A stretch of DNA of 64,000 bases from the NCBI GenBank assembly GCA_963708025.1, contig CAVPSB010000025.1, positions 32,001-96,000 on the forward strand, given 5' to 3'. The number at the start of each line of letters is the position of its first letter. Position 1 is the first letter of the stretch. The translations under genes and the position numbers were made by a program. Of this stretch, positions 50,190 through 60,053 are shown in pieces. Under the pieces are notes generated by a model. The model worked only from the letters and a program-made list of their open reading frames with translations. It had not been told where the DNA came from and did not search any database. Source of the DNA: an uncultured Candidatus Rokubacteria bacterium (GTDB taxonomy: Bacteria; Methylomirabilota; Methylomirabilia; Rokubacteriales; DASRDR01).

Positions 50190-51632
50190 GTGACCGCGAC
50201 CGGTCGGAACGACCCGTGCCCGTGCGGGAGCGGGCGCAAGTTCAAGCGGTGCTGCCTCGGCAAGGACGCATCGGCCGGGCAGCCCTTCACGATGGCCGAG
50301 CGCGAAAGCGCTCTCGCCGAGCTCTTCCACTCCGCCCACCGTCCGGAGTTCGAGGCGGAGCACGACGTCGCCGACGGGGAGTTCTGGGAGGATCGGTTCG
50401 ACGATCTCTCGGACGAGGAGGCCGAGGAGCTGGGCGACCTCGACCCGGACGAGCGCGCGTACCACCTGTGGTTCGCCTTCGACTTCGTCCTGGAGAGCGG
50501 GCGCACCGTCGCGGAGCTCTTCCTCGAGCGCGAGGGCAGCCGGCTCCGGACGGGTGAGCGCGAGTACCTCGAGCGGATGCGACACACGCACCTCCGGCTG
50601 TACGAGGTCGTCGAGGTCCGGCCGGACGAGGGGCTCCGGCTCGTCGACCTCTGGACGGACGAGAGGCTGTGGGTCCGCGAGCGCCTGGCCACCCGCCAGC
50701 TCGTGCGCTGGGACCTCATGGCCGTGCGGACGATGCCGGGCGCCGAGGGCGACCTGGTGCTGGAAGGCGTCCCCTACGTGTTCGCGGCGGGCGACCGCGA
50801 GGAGCTGCTGGCGGAGCTGCGAGATGCCCACCGGGCCTTCCTCCGCCAGAGCCCCCGCGGAGATCTCACCGACTTCTTCAAGCAGGCCGGCGCGCTCTTT
50901 CACCAGCTCTGGCTGGACTACACCGCGCTGCCGCCGGTTCCGCCGTTCCTGACCCCGGAAGGCGACCCGGTCGAGCTGGCCACGGTGGCGTTCGACCTCC
51001 GGGACGGCGCCGCGGTAGCCCGCGCGCTCGCGGGCCATCCCGATCTCGGGACGCAGGACGACGGCAGCTACGTCTGGACCGAGCCTGAGCCGCTCCCGGG
51101 CGACCCGGACCGCCAGTCTCCCGACACCGCCTGGGGCATCGTCGTCACGTCCCAGCCCTGGCGTCCCGGCGAGGCGCCCCGGCGGAGCCTCGGGACGATC
51201 GTGCTCGACGGCGAGTCGATCCGGTTCGAGGCCACCTCGCGCCTTCGGGCCGCCCGGGGCCGGGGGTTCCTGGAGGGTCTCCTCGGGCGGGCCGTCCGGT
51301 TCCGCGAGGTGACGTACCGGGACGTCGATGAAGCGTTCGAGGAGCAGGCCGACGCCGACCGGGACGCGGCGGACGAGGTCCCGCCCGAGGTCCAGGCCGA
51401 GTTGGCGGCGCAGTTCCTCGACGCGCACTACCGGAGGTGGCCCGACATGCCACTCCCGGCCCTCGGGCACCACACGCCGCGCGAGGCCGCCGGGCTCCCG
51501 GCCGTCCGGCCGCCGCTGGTCGCGCTCCTCAAGGACATGGAGAGCCGCGCCGAGCGCGAGCGCCGCCAGGGGCACCCCGCCTACGACTCCGGATGGCTGT
51601 GGGCGGAGCTGGGCCTCCCCCGCCCGGGGTGA
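50190..51632 (+). CDS. SEC-C motif protein with C-terminal ParS/MbcA-like motif
   Basis: GRNDPCPCGSGRKFKRCC; YRRWPDMPLPALGHHTPREAA. Confidence 0.8.
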   Translation: MTATGRNDPCPCGSGRKFKRCCLGKDASAGQPFTMAERESALAELFHSAHRPEFEAEHDVADGEFWEDRFDDLSDEEAEELGDLDPDERAYHLWFAFDFVLESGRTVAELFLEREGSRLRTGEREYLERMRHTHLRLYEVVEVRPDEGLRLVDLWTDERLWVRERLATRQLVRWDLMAVRTMPGAEGDLVLEGVPYVFAAGDREELLAELRDAHRAFLRQSPRGDLTDFFKQAGALFHQLWLDYTALPPVPPFLTPEGDPVELATVAFDLRDGAAVARALAGHPDLGTQDDGSYVWTEPEPLPGDPDRQSPDTAWGIVVTSQPWRPGEAPRRSLGTIVLDGESIRFEATSRLRAARGRGFLEGLLGRAVRFREVTYRDVDEAFEEQADADRDAADEVPPEVQAELAAQFLDAHYRRWPDMPLPALGHHTPREAAGLPAVRPPLVALLKDMESRAERERRQGHPAYDSGWLWAELGLPRPG

Positions 51633-51752
51633 CATTCGCGCCAACTGAGGAGTGATTCGTCGGGCGCGGCTCGCCTCTCCCGGATCGCTCAGCGTGGCGG
51701 CGGAGCCGGCTCTCCCTCGGCGCGCCCTCGCGTGCGGAGAGCCCCGACTCGA

Positions 51753-51989
51753 TCAGCGCCAGCACCTCCGCGTCCGGCACGCGGTGCTTCGGGTGCGGAC
51801 GGGGAGGCGGGGCGGAGCCACCGTCACGCCGCGTTGCCCCAGCCGTTGCAGCTGCTTCGTGACGCTGCGAGCGGCCAGCCCCGTGCGGGCCGCGATCTCG
51901 GCGGTCGGGAGGCCGTCCTCGCGGACGGCCTCGGGGATGTGAGCGCGGTAGTACGCCCGCTGCTCGGCCGAGACGGCGCGGCGCGCCAT
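51753..51989 (-). CDS. Small HTH protein, probably frameshifted
   Basis: GLPTAEIAARTGLAARSVTKQL; a second HTH-like start (VLALIESGLSARE) in another frame. Confidence 0.45.
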   Translation of the reverse strand: MARRAVSAEQRAYYRAHIPEAVREDGLPTAEIAARTGLAARSVTKQLQRLGQRGVTVAPPRLPVRTRSTACRTRRCWR

Positions 51990-52127
51990 GGCGGCGCCCA
52001 GCATAGCGCCGGGCGGTGGGCTGCCGCACGTAGCGGACCAACACCGGCCCTGGCCGCGCGGTTGCGCCCCGGCACCGGCTCCGCTATAGTCGGGCCGCTG
52101 TGCGCGGGGGGGACAGGGGAGCGGTCT

Positions 52128-52358
52128 CTCGGCCTGACGCGGTACCGCGTGACCGTCGAGGCCCTGGAGCCGCTCGCCCTCCCCGCGTATCTCGGCTCCA
52201 CCCTCCGCGGCGCCTTCGGCCACGCCTTCCGCGCGCTCACCTGCCCGGCTCGGCCCGACGAGACTTGCCCGATCCGGGAACGCTGCCCGTACCACCTCGT
52301 CTTCGAGACGGCGCCGCCGCCCGACGCGACGGCCCTCCGGACCCACGAGGAGATCCCG
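52128..52358 (+). pseudogene. cas6: N-terminal fragment of a Cas6-like RAMP endoribonuclease
   Basis: LPAYLGSTLRGAFGHAFRALTC...CP...CPYHLVFE motif; ends at IP with no G-rich C-terminal loop. Confidence 0.65.
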
Positions 52359-52399
52359 ATGGCCACGAGCTCGACCCCGCAGAGCGGGGGCTCCGACGG

Positions 52400-52861
52400 G
52401 TGCCGATCGACTGGGACGACCTGGAGCTGGCGCTGACGATGCACTCGGATGAGCACGCATCCTACCTGGACCTGCGGACGGGGGAGGTCCGCCTCTCCCC
52501 GATTCACTCGTTCGGCGGCGAGCCCGAGGATGGCGTCCTGTCGGAGGACAAGGTCGAGGCCGGTCTCGCCGTCGAGCCGCTCGAGTCCTCGGTCGAATAC
52601 GGCTGGATGGCCGAGTTCGCCGACACCCTGCCCGACGCCCGCGTGCGCCAGTCCCTCCAGCAGGCCCTCGGCGGCAGCCGCCCCTTCCGCCGCTTCAAGG
52701 ACGCGCTCGCGAGCGACCCCCGCGAGTGTGAGCAGTGGTTCGCCTTCCAGGCCGACCGCCTGCGCGCCGCCATGCTGGAGTGGCTGTCCGACAACGACAT
52801 CGAGCCGACGACGGCCCCGCCGAGACGGCCCGGTGACGCCGCGCCGTCGGGTGCGCCATGA
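52400..52861 (+). CDS. UPF0158-family protein
   Basis: IDWDDLELAL, YLDLRTGEV, YGWMAEFA, GSRPFRRFKDAL, WL...DIEP; start uncertain. Confidence 0.75.
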   Translation: MPIDWDDLELALTMHSDEHASYLDLRTGEVRLSPIHSFGGEPEDGVLSEDKVEAGLAVEPLESSVEYGWMAEFADTLPDARVRQSLQQALGGSRPFRRFKDALASDPRECEQWFAFQADRLRAAMLEWLSDNDIEPTTAPPRRPGDAAPSGAP

Positions 52862-53532
52862 GCACGCTCGCCACCATCCGATCCTATCGGCGGCTCCGGG
52901 AGGCCGGCCGAGTGTTTCACGGAAAGGTTCTCGCGGTGATCCCGAGACATGTCATCGTCTCGACCGCGATGGAGCTGGGCCTGTGGCGAAAGGGGATCCT
53001 CGTGGCAGACGAGGACGACACCGACGTGATGTCCGACCGGATGATCTACGACAAGCGGTGGGCAGGGAAGAGTGCTATCGAGCACTTCGAGGATGAGGTG
53101 CCGGAATCCGACTGGACCGACGACGAGCGCCGCTTCGGCGGCGCGATGAAGCGGGCCTCCTTCTCGCTCTTCGAGATCATCGATACTCGCCCCGGGAGCG
53201 ACATCACGCTCGTCGATCGACTCGCGGCAACCCGATCCGGCGAGGTCGGCTCACCCATCGAGCTGATCGACCTCGGCCTCTCCGAGACGGCGGTTCCCGG
53301 CGCGCTCCTCGCCGCCCGCCTGCTGGATGCCGGGGAGTTCTCCATGAGCACCGGCGTCGGCTTTCCGTTCCCCGCGGACCGGGAAGCGGCGATCCTGAGG
53401 TACCTCCGGGACAAGGAGCCCGGCTTCCGCAGGAAGCGCCTCCACGTGCCCGAGGACTACGGCCTGTACTTCTACCGCCTGCACCGCCGGTTCGGCATCG
53501 GCGTGAGATACGCTGAGGCGGGCACCGAGTAG
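52858..53532 (+). CDS. Hypothetical protein
   Basis: 224-aa ORF coupled to the upstream gene (ATGA); FSLFEI...LIDLGLSET. Confidence 0.7.
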   Translation: MSTLATIRSYRRLREAGRVFHGKVLAVIPRHVIVSTAMELGLWRKGILVADEDDTDVMSDRMIYDKRWAGKSAIEHFEDEVPESDWTDDERRFGGAMKRASFSLFEIIDTRPGSDITLVDRLAATRSGEVGSPIELIDLGLSETAVPGALLAARLLDAGEFSMSTGVGFPFPADREAAILRYLRDKEPGFRRKRLHVPEDYGLYFYRLHRRFGIGVRYAEAGTE

Positions 53533-53941
53533 TGCCACTGACCTAACGATACGCCTCGCGCCGGTGAGCGAAGTCCATGCGTTTGTCGAGGAGTCCTTCC
53601 TTCTTGATCAGCAGTCGCACCACGTTCCCCGAGGAGGAGGGGACTGAAAGATCTACCGGGTCTATGGGGTCGCGACCTCGGTCATGTCGCACCACGTTCT
53701 CCGTGGCTCATCTCCCCCCCGCCCCGGGCGCTGTACTTTCTGCTTGACAGGGTTTGATGACCGGGGTGGGTGGCCATCGCAGCCCTGGCCTTCAGGTCCG
53801 CCCAGCGGGCCGCGCCGGCCTGCGGGACCGCGCGCCGCCGGCGTGGAGTCGAAAATCATTCCCCGGTCGACGAGCGACGGTCAGGAGGCCTCCCAGGGGT
53901 CCCGAAACTCAGGTGATAGAGTGCGAGCCAGGAGGCTCGCC

Positions 53942-54787
53942 ATGCAGCTTGCGACGACGCTCGCGCCCGCCACCCCCGCGGCCGATCTCGACCAGCTCGG
54001 CGACGAGATCGCCGAGCTCTCGGCCCACCTCGACGCCGCTACCGCCCGGCTGCTGACCTTGATCCGCGAGTTCGACGCCCGGGGCGGCTGGGCCAACGGG
54101 GCCCGCTCCTGCGCCGAATGGCTGAGTTGGCGGGTGGGGCTGGATCTGGGGGCGGCCCGGGAGCGGGTGCGGGTGGCGCGGGCGCTGGGCGCGCTTCCGC
54201 AGCTCGCCGCGGCTCTGGAGCGCGGGGAGCTGTCGTACTCGAAGGTGCGCGCCCTCACGCGGGTCGCCACGCCGGAAACCGAGGCGCGGCTCCTGGCGGT
54301 GGGGCGGGCGGGGACGGCGGCCCACGTGGAGCGGATCGTGCGGGGGTGGCGGCGGGTTGACCGGCAGGTGGAGGGGCAGGAGGCGACCGCGCGTCACCGG
54401 GGGCGGTCGCTCCAGGTGTATCCGGACGAGGACGGGATGCTGGTGGTGCGGGGGCGGCTCACGCCGACGCGGCTCGACAATCTTGCCCTTCTGTGTCGAT
54501 TGCACCACGGGGCGGTCCACGAGGAGGGCTACCAGGTGGAGCGGGACGTCGACGGGACGCTCCACTTCCGCACGCCGAACGGCCGGCCGATTCCCGAGGT
54601 GCCGGCGCCGCCGGCGGTGCCGGCCGACCCGATCTGGGCGCTGGTCACGGCGAATCGAGCGCGCGGCCTGGCGATCGGCGCGCGGACGGGGTGTCCGAGC
54701 TGGGGCGGCGAGCGCCTCGACCTCGGCTGGGCGATCGACGTGCTACACCCCGCGGCCAATCCGCTCGCGTCCCGGCCCATGCTGTAG
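53942..54787 (+). pseudogene. DUF222/HNH endonuclease with in-frame internal deletion
   Basis: AGGAGG RBS; EIAELSAHLDAA...SCAEWLSWR...SYSKVRALTR, then directly TRLDNLALLCRLHH..VHE. Confidence 0.75.
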
Positions 54788-54808
54788 TAACGTTTCGGCC
54801 CGCCGACC

Positions 54809-55270
54809 ATGACCATCTACCTCGTGCGCCACGGGGAGGCCCGGCCGGACGCCGACGACGCGAGCCGGGCGCTGAGCGAGCGAGGGCGGGCCGAGATCGA
54901 GCGGGTGGCGCGCCTCGTCGCCGTCCTGCGTCCGCCCGTGGCGGAGATCCGCCACTCCGGTCTCCTGCGCGCCCGGCAGACCGCCGAGATCCTGGCCGCG
55001 GCCCTGGCGCCGACCGGCGGGGTGCGGGCCGCCGGGGGGCTGGCGCCCGGCGACGAGCCCGGAGTCGCGGCGGCCGAGTGCGAGGCGGCGGCCGAGCCCG
55101 TCGTGCTGGTGGGTCACATGCCCCACCTCGGCCGGCTGGCGTCGCGGCTCCTGATCGGCGAGGCCGGGCGGGAGCTGATCCACTTCGAGACGGGAACGGT
55201 CGCATGCCTGAGCCGAGCCGAGCGAGCCTGGGTCGTCGAGTGGGTGATCGCACCCCGGCTGTCGCCGTGA
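54809..55270 (+). CDS. sixA: Phosphohistidine phosphatase
   Basis: IYLVRHGEA, HSGLLRARQTA, LVGHMP. Confidence 0.88.
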   Translation: MTIYLVRHGEARPDADDASRALSERGRAEIERVARLVAVLRPPVAEIRHSGLLRARQTAEILAAALAPTGGVRAAGGLAPGDEPGVAAAECEAAAEPVVLVGHMPHLGRLASRLLIGEAGRELIHFETGTVACLSRAERAWVVEWVIAPRLSP

Positions 55271-55851
55271 GAGTAATCCGGGTCCACCCGATCATCACCC
55301 ACGGCGGCTCGCAGGTGAACGTCATCCCGGCCGAGGTCCGGCTGGAGACCTACGTGCGCGGCAAGTCGGTCGAGGCGATCCTCGACGCCGACGCCCGGGT
55401 CAACCGGGCTCTCCGGGCCGGCGCCCTCGCGCTGGGCGCCCAGGTGGAGATCGTGACCCTGCCCGGGTACCTGCCCATGAGCTGCGACGCCACGATGACG
55501 GCGATGTTCCGGGACAACGCGGTGGCGCTCCTGGGCGCCGAGCACTACCAGCCGGGCGGCCACAAGACGGGCTCCACCGACATGGGCGACCTGAGCCAGG
55601 TGATGCCCATCCTCCATCCCTTCCTGGGCGGCGCCCGCGGGACCGGGCACGGGGCGGACTACGCGATCGCGGACCCGGAGCTGGCCTACGTCGGGATGGC
55701 CAAGCTGCTGGCCGGCATGGCGGTCGATCTGCTGGGCGACGGCGCCGCCGGGGCGCGGGCGGTGCTGGCACAGGCGAAGCCGCCGATGACCCGCGAGGCC
55801 TACCTCGCCTTCCAGCGGGGCCTCGCGCGCCGCGCGACCTACGACGGCTAG
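55267..55851 (+). pseudogene. C-terminal part of an M20 amidohydrolase
   Basis: RVHPIITHGG..VNVIPAEVRLETYVRG, GSTDMGDLS; N-terminal metal-binding half absent. Confidence 0.65.
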
Positions 55852-57256
55852 CCCGTGCGGCCGAGGAGGGCGAGCATCTCCTCCACGCTCGTCAGCTTCA
55901 CCCGCGGGCGGCCCTGGGCCCGGCCGCGGGCCACTTCCACCTCGTCGAGCCGCCGCCAGTCGGCGTAGGAGATCCAGTCGGGCTGGCGCTGGCGGACCAG
56001 CGCCTCGGCGGCGCCCGCCTCGGGATGGGCCGGCTCGAGCGCCCGCCCGGCGGCCGCGTCCTCGAGCATGCCGGCCACCGTCTCGGCGGCGTCGGGCTTG
56101 TTGGTGCCGATGACGCCGGTCGGGCCGCGCTTGATCCAGCCGGCGGCGTACTCACCGGTCACCGGCTGCCGGGTGTCGGGGTCGATGACCCGTCCCTTCT
56201 CGTTGAGGATCACCCCCCAGCTCTCGTGGAACGGCACACCGGGCAGGGGCACGCCCCGGTAGCCCACCGAGCGGAACACGAGACCGACCGGCAGCTCCTC
56301 GGAGCGGTCCGTCGGTCGGGCCTGAAGCGTGCCGGCCGGGGTGGCGGCCAGCACGTTCTTCACCAGCCGCATCGCCGTCACCTGACCGGCCTCGTTGCCG
56401 ATCAGCTCGACCGGCGACACCAGGAAGCGGAGGACCAGCTTCCGCGGCTTCCCGGCCGGCGGCCGGCGCGCGTACTCCTGGAGGATCTCGACCTTCTTCG
56501 CCGTCGCCCGGTCGGGGGTCTTCTCGAGCGCGGCGCGGGTCAGGGGGTCGAGCTCGACCTCCTCGGGCACCGCGCTGACGTCGGCCCCGGGCAGCTCGCC
56601 CAGCTCCTTGATCTCGGGATTCGTGAAGGCCGCCTGGGCGGGGCCGCGCCGGCCGAGCAGGTAGACCTCGCGGACGCGGCTCGCCGCCAGCGCCTCCAGC
56701 GCGTAGTCGGCGATGTCGGTCTTCGCCAGCTCCTCGGGCGTCCGGCACAGGATGCGGGCCACGTCCACCGCCACGTTGCCGACGCCGACCACGGCCACCC
56801 GCTCCCGGGAGAGGTCGAACCGGTAGTCGCGGTAGTCGGGATGGCCGTTGTACCAGGCGACGAACTCGGTGGCCGGATGGCTCCCGCGCGAGGTCCTCGC
56901 CGGGGATGCCCATGCGGCGGTCGGTCTGGGCCCCGGTGGTGAAGACGAGCTGGTGGTAGTGCGCGCGCAGGTCGGCCAGCGTCACGTGCTTGCCCAGCTC
57001 GACGTTGCCGTAGAAGCGGAAGCCCGGGTGGGACGGCCGTCTTGTCGAACACGGCGGTGACCGCCTTGATCTTCTGGTGATCGGGCGCCACCCCGTAGCG
57101 GACCAGGCCGAACGGCGTCGGCAGCCGGTCGAACATGTCGACCTCGACGGCGAGCCGGTCCTGGCGGAGGAGCTGGTCGGCCGCGTAGAAGCCGGCGGGG
57201 CCCGCCCCGACGATGGCGACGCGCAGTGGGCGCGCCTCACTCCCGGGCTGACCCAT
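55848..57256 (-). CDS. Ferredoxin--NADP reductase (FprA/adrenodoxin reductase type); two frameshifts
   Basis: [55 protein letters not shown]. Confidence 0.9.
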
Positions 57257-57277
57257 GGCTCTCGGGCGCGACCGGCC

Positions 57278-57709
57278 CTAACCGTGCTCCGCGATCTGGA
57301 TCTGCAAGGTGTCGACCTCGCCCTCGTACTCGTCCCGCTGCGCCTTCACGATGTCGCCGATCGACACGATGCCGACGAGCTTGCCGTGCTCCACGACCGG
57401 CAAGTGCCGGATGCGGCGCTCGGTCATGGTGTGGCCGACGGCCTTCAGGTCGTCGTCGGGCACCCCGACGATCACGTCGCGCGTCATGAGGTCCTGGACC
57501 AGGCGCGCGAAGACCTTCTCGTCGCGGGCGGCGGCCCGGACGATGTCGCGCTCGGAGAGGATGCCGATCGGCCGGTCGGCCTCCTCGATGACGACCAGGG
57601 CCCCGATGTTGTGCTCGGCCAGGAGTCCCAGGGCCTGACCGATCGACGCCTCGGCGCGGATGGTGACGACGCGGAGACTCTTGCGGGCCAGGACGTGCGC
57701 GATGTTCAT
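57278..57709 (-). CDS. CBS-domain protein
   Basis: NIGALVV, GILSERDIVR, RIRHLPVV, GIVSIGDIVK. Confidence 0.92.
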   Translation of the reverse strand: MNIAHVLARKSLRVVTIRAEASIGQALGLLAEHNIGALVVIEEADRPIGILSERDIVRAAARDEKVFARLVQDLMTRDVIVGVPDDDLKAVGHTMTERRIRHLPVVEHGKLVGIVSIGDIVKAQRDEYEGEVDTLQIQIAEHG

Positions 57710-57926
57710 GGACCTACCTCCCCCGTGTGCGGCGCTGGGGTCGTTGGGCCGATGATAGCCGGGCCGGGGGCTCCGGGCAATAGCGCGGGCGTCGCCGGGA
57801 CACGGGCGATCGTGGCGGCGGCGGACCGCCGGTCACGCGGCACCGGGGGGAGTTTTCCTGGCGCCACCCTTCCCCGGGGTGTAGACTCCGACGAGACGCA
57901 GGCCACCCCCGTCGCCTGGAGGCGCC

Positions 57927-58529
57927 ATGAACGCGTTCCGGACCCTCGCCGTGGCCGTGGGATTCCTGCTCCTGCCGGTCATCAGTGCCCGGGCCGACGA
58001 GACGAAGGCCGCGCCGGTCATCGAGGCCGGCTCGAAGGTCTCGCTCGAATACACGCTCCGCGACGACGACGGCAAGGTGCTCGATTCCAACAAAGGTCGG
58101 GATCCGCTGACGTACGTCCAGGGCGAGCAGCAGATCGTTCCGGGTCTGGAGAGGGCGCTCAACGGCATGCACGCCGGGGAGGCGAAGCAAGTGATCCTGG
58201 CCCCCGCCGAGGGCTACGGCGCCGTGGACCCGCAGGCGGTGGCCGAGGTCCCCAAGCAGCTGATTCCCGCGGATTCGCTGAGCGTGGGGGCCGAGCTGCT
58301 CGCGCGAAGCCGCGAGGGCGCCACCCGTCTGGTCCGCATCAAGGAGATCAAGGACGAGACGGTCGTCATCGACCTGAACCATCCGCTGGCCGGCAAGACG
58401 CTCCACTTCGACGTCAGGGTGGTCGGCGTGGAGCCTCCCGAAGCGGAAGGACCGGCCGAGAAGGCACCTGACCAGCCGGCCGAGAAGCCGGCGGAGACAC
58501 CGGCCGAGAAGCCGGCCGAGACGAAGTAG
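57927..58529 (+). CDS. FKBP-type PPIase (SlyD/SlpA-like) with signal peptide
   Basis: VSLEYTL, IVPGLERAL, PAEGYG, IDLNHPLAGKTLHFDV; PAEK-repeat tail. Confidence 0.88.
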   Translation: MNAFRTLAVAVGFLLLPVISARADETKAAPVIEAGSKVSLEYTLRDDDGKVLDSNKGRDPLTYVQGEQQIVPGLERALNGMHAGEAKQVILAPAEGYGAVDPQAVAEVPKQLIPADSLSVGAELLARSREGATRLVRIKEIKDETVVIDLNHPLAGKTLHFDVRVVGVEPPEAEGPAEKAPDQPAEKPAETPAEKPAETK

Positions 58530-58535
58530 CCGGCC

Positions 58536-59522
58536 ATGCGGCGGCGCACCCTCCTCCAGGCCGGCGCGGCGGTGGGAGTAGCTCTGCTGGCCGACCGCTG
58601 GGGCCCGGCTGCCGGCGCGGATGCGCGGGCGCGCGTGGTGGTGGTCAAAGCGGAAGACCGCCGGGACGGCGTGCGGCGCGCCCTGGCTCTGTTGGGCGCC
58701 GGCGGCCTCGCGCGGCGTCACGTCGTCGTCAAGCCCAACTTCAACTCCGCCGACCCGTTCCCCGGCTCGACGCACCCGGACACGCTGGACGCGCTGGTGG
58801 ACTGGCTCGGCGAGGCCGGCGCCAGCCGGGTCACCGTGGCCGACCGGAGCGGGATGGGGAACACGCGCCAGGTCATGGAGGCCAAGGGGGTCCTCGCCCA
58901 GGGGACGCGGCGCGGGTTCGCGCCGGTCGTGCTGGACGAGCTGCCGGCCCGCGACTGGGTGGCCCATCCGCTGCCGGGAAGCCACTGGCAGCGGGGCGTC
59001 CTGTTCCCGCGGCTCCTCGAGGAGGCGGAGGCCATCGTCTCCACCTGCTGCCTGAAGACCCACCGCTTCGGCGGCCACGTCACGCTCTCGCTCAAGAACT
59101 CGGTCGGCGCGGTCGCGAAGCTCGGGCCGGACGGGTACAACTACATGAGCGAGCTGCACGGCTCCGGCGCCCAGCGGAAGATGATCGCGGAGATCAACCT
59201 CCTGTATCGGCCGGCGGTCGTGCTGCTCGACGGGCTCGAGGCCTTCGTGGACGGCGGGCCCGAGGCCGGGCGGAAGGTGGTCCCCGGCGTGCTCGTCGCG
59301 GGGACCGACCGGGTGGCGGTCGATGCGGTGGGCGTGGCCGTGCTGCGGCTTTACGGCACGACGCCGGCTGCGTCGCGGGGCCGGGTCTTCGAGCAGGAGC
59401 AGATCGCCCGCGCGGCTGCGCTCGGCCTCGGCGTCGCCGGACCCGACCTGATCGATCTCGCGACCGACGACCGCGCGGGCGAGGCGTTCCTCACCCGCCT
59501 CCGCCCGACCCTCCTCGCCTAG
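58536..59522 (+). CDS. DUF362 protein with Tat signal
   Basis: MRRRTLL leader; VVVKPNFNS, CLKTH, TLSLKNSVG, DRVAVDAVG. Confidence 0.85.
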   Translation: MRRRTLLQAGAAVGVALLADRWGPAAGADARARVVVVKAEDRRDGVRRALALLGAGGLARRHVVVKPNFNSADPFPGSTHPDTLDALVDWLGEAGASRVTVADRSGMGNTRQVMEAKGVLAQGTRRGFAPVVLDELPARDWVAHPLPGSHWQRGVLFPRLLEEAEAIVSTCCLKTHRFGGHVTLSLKNSVGAVAKLGPDGYNYMSELHGSGAQRKMIAEINLLYRPAVVLLDGLEAFVDGGPEAGRKVVPGVLVAGTDRVAVDAVGVAVLRLYGTTPAASRGRVFEQEQIARAAALGLGVAGPDLIDLATDDRAGEAFLTRLRPTLLA

Positions 59523-59941
59523 GACGTCTTCCCGTAGCGGACCATCCGCGTGTCCCGGCGGTAGCCGGCGGCTTCCCAGAAGCCGACCGCCCACGGGTGG
59601 TCGTGCTCGACCAGCGCCGAGATGCGAATGCAACCCCACCTCCGGAGGGCCGCCTCGGCCTCGGCCACGAGCGCCCGGGCGATCCCACGCCGCCGGTACT
59701 CGGAAAGGACAGCCAGGCGGTAGATGTTGCCGCGCCAGCCGTCCCACCCGGCGATGACCGTCCCGACGACGCGATCCCCGTCGAGCGCGACCAGGAGGAC
59801 GGCGGCGGACTCCCGCATGAGCCGGGCGAGGGCTTCGGGGTTGTCCGTCGGGCTCGGCGAGGCCTCGGAGCGCGCCCACAGCTCCAGCACCGCCGCGGAG
59901 TCGCCAGCCACGCAGGGCCGGATGCCGATCGCCGGATCCAT
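59519..59941 (-). CDS. GNAT acetyltransferase (YpeA-like)
   Basis: GTVIAGWDGWRGNIYRLAV..YRRRGIA, FWEAAGY. Confidence 0.88.
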   Translation of the reverse strand: MDPAIGIRPCVAGDSAAVLELWARSEASPSPTDNPEALARLMRESAAVLLVALDGDRVVGTVIAGWDGWRGNIYRLAVLSEYRRRGIARALVAEAEAALRRWGCIRISALVEHDHPWAVGFWEAAGYRRDTRMVRYGKTS

Positions 59942-60053
59942 GGGGCCGCGCGCAGTCTAGCACGCGGCGCGCGCCGTCACGTTGCGCGTTCCGCACCGAT
60001 CTGCTACGGTTTCCTGAGCCCGGATCTGCGATTGACCGTGGAGGGACCCCGAC

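Noticed and set aside
46848-51644. 1598-aa minus-strand ORF and similar long antisense ORFs (20227-23556 extension, 7110-9749, 57714-59996)
   Set aside because: Shadow ORFs of well-supported genes in high-GC DNA; no independent motifs
53543-53630. RelE-like C-terminal remnant on the minus strand (...DFAHRREAYR*)
   Set aside because: Too short, no start, similarity limited to a few residues
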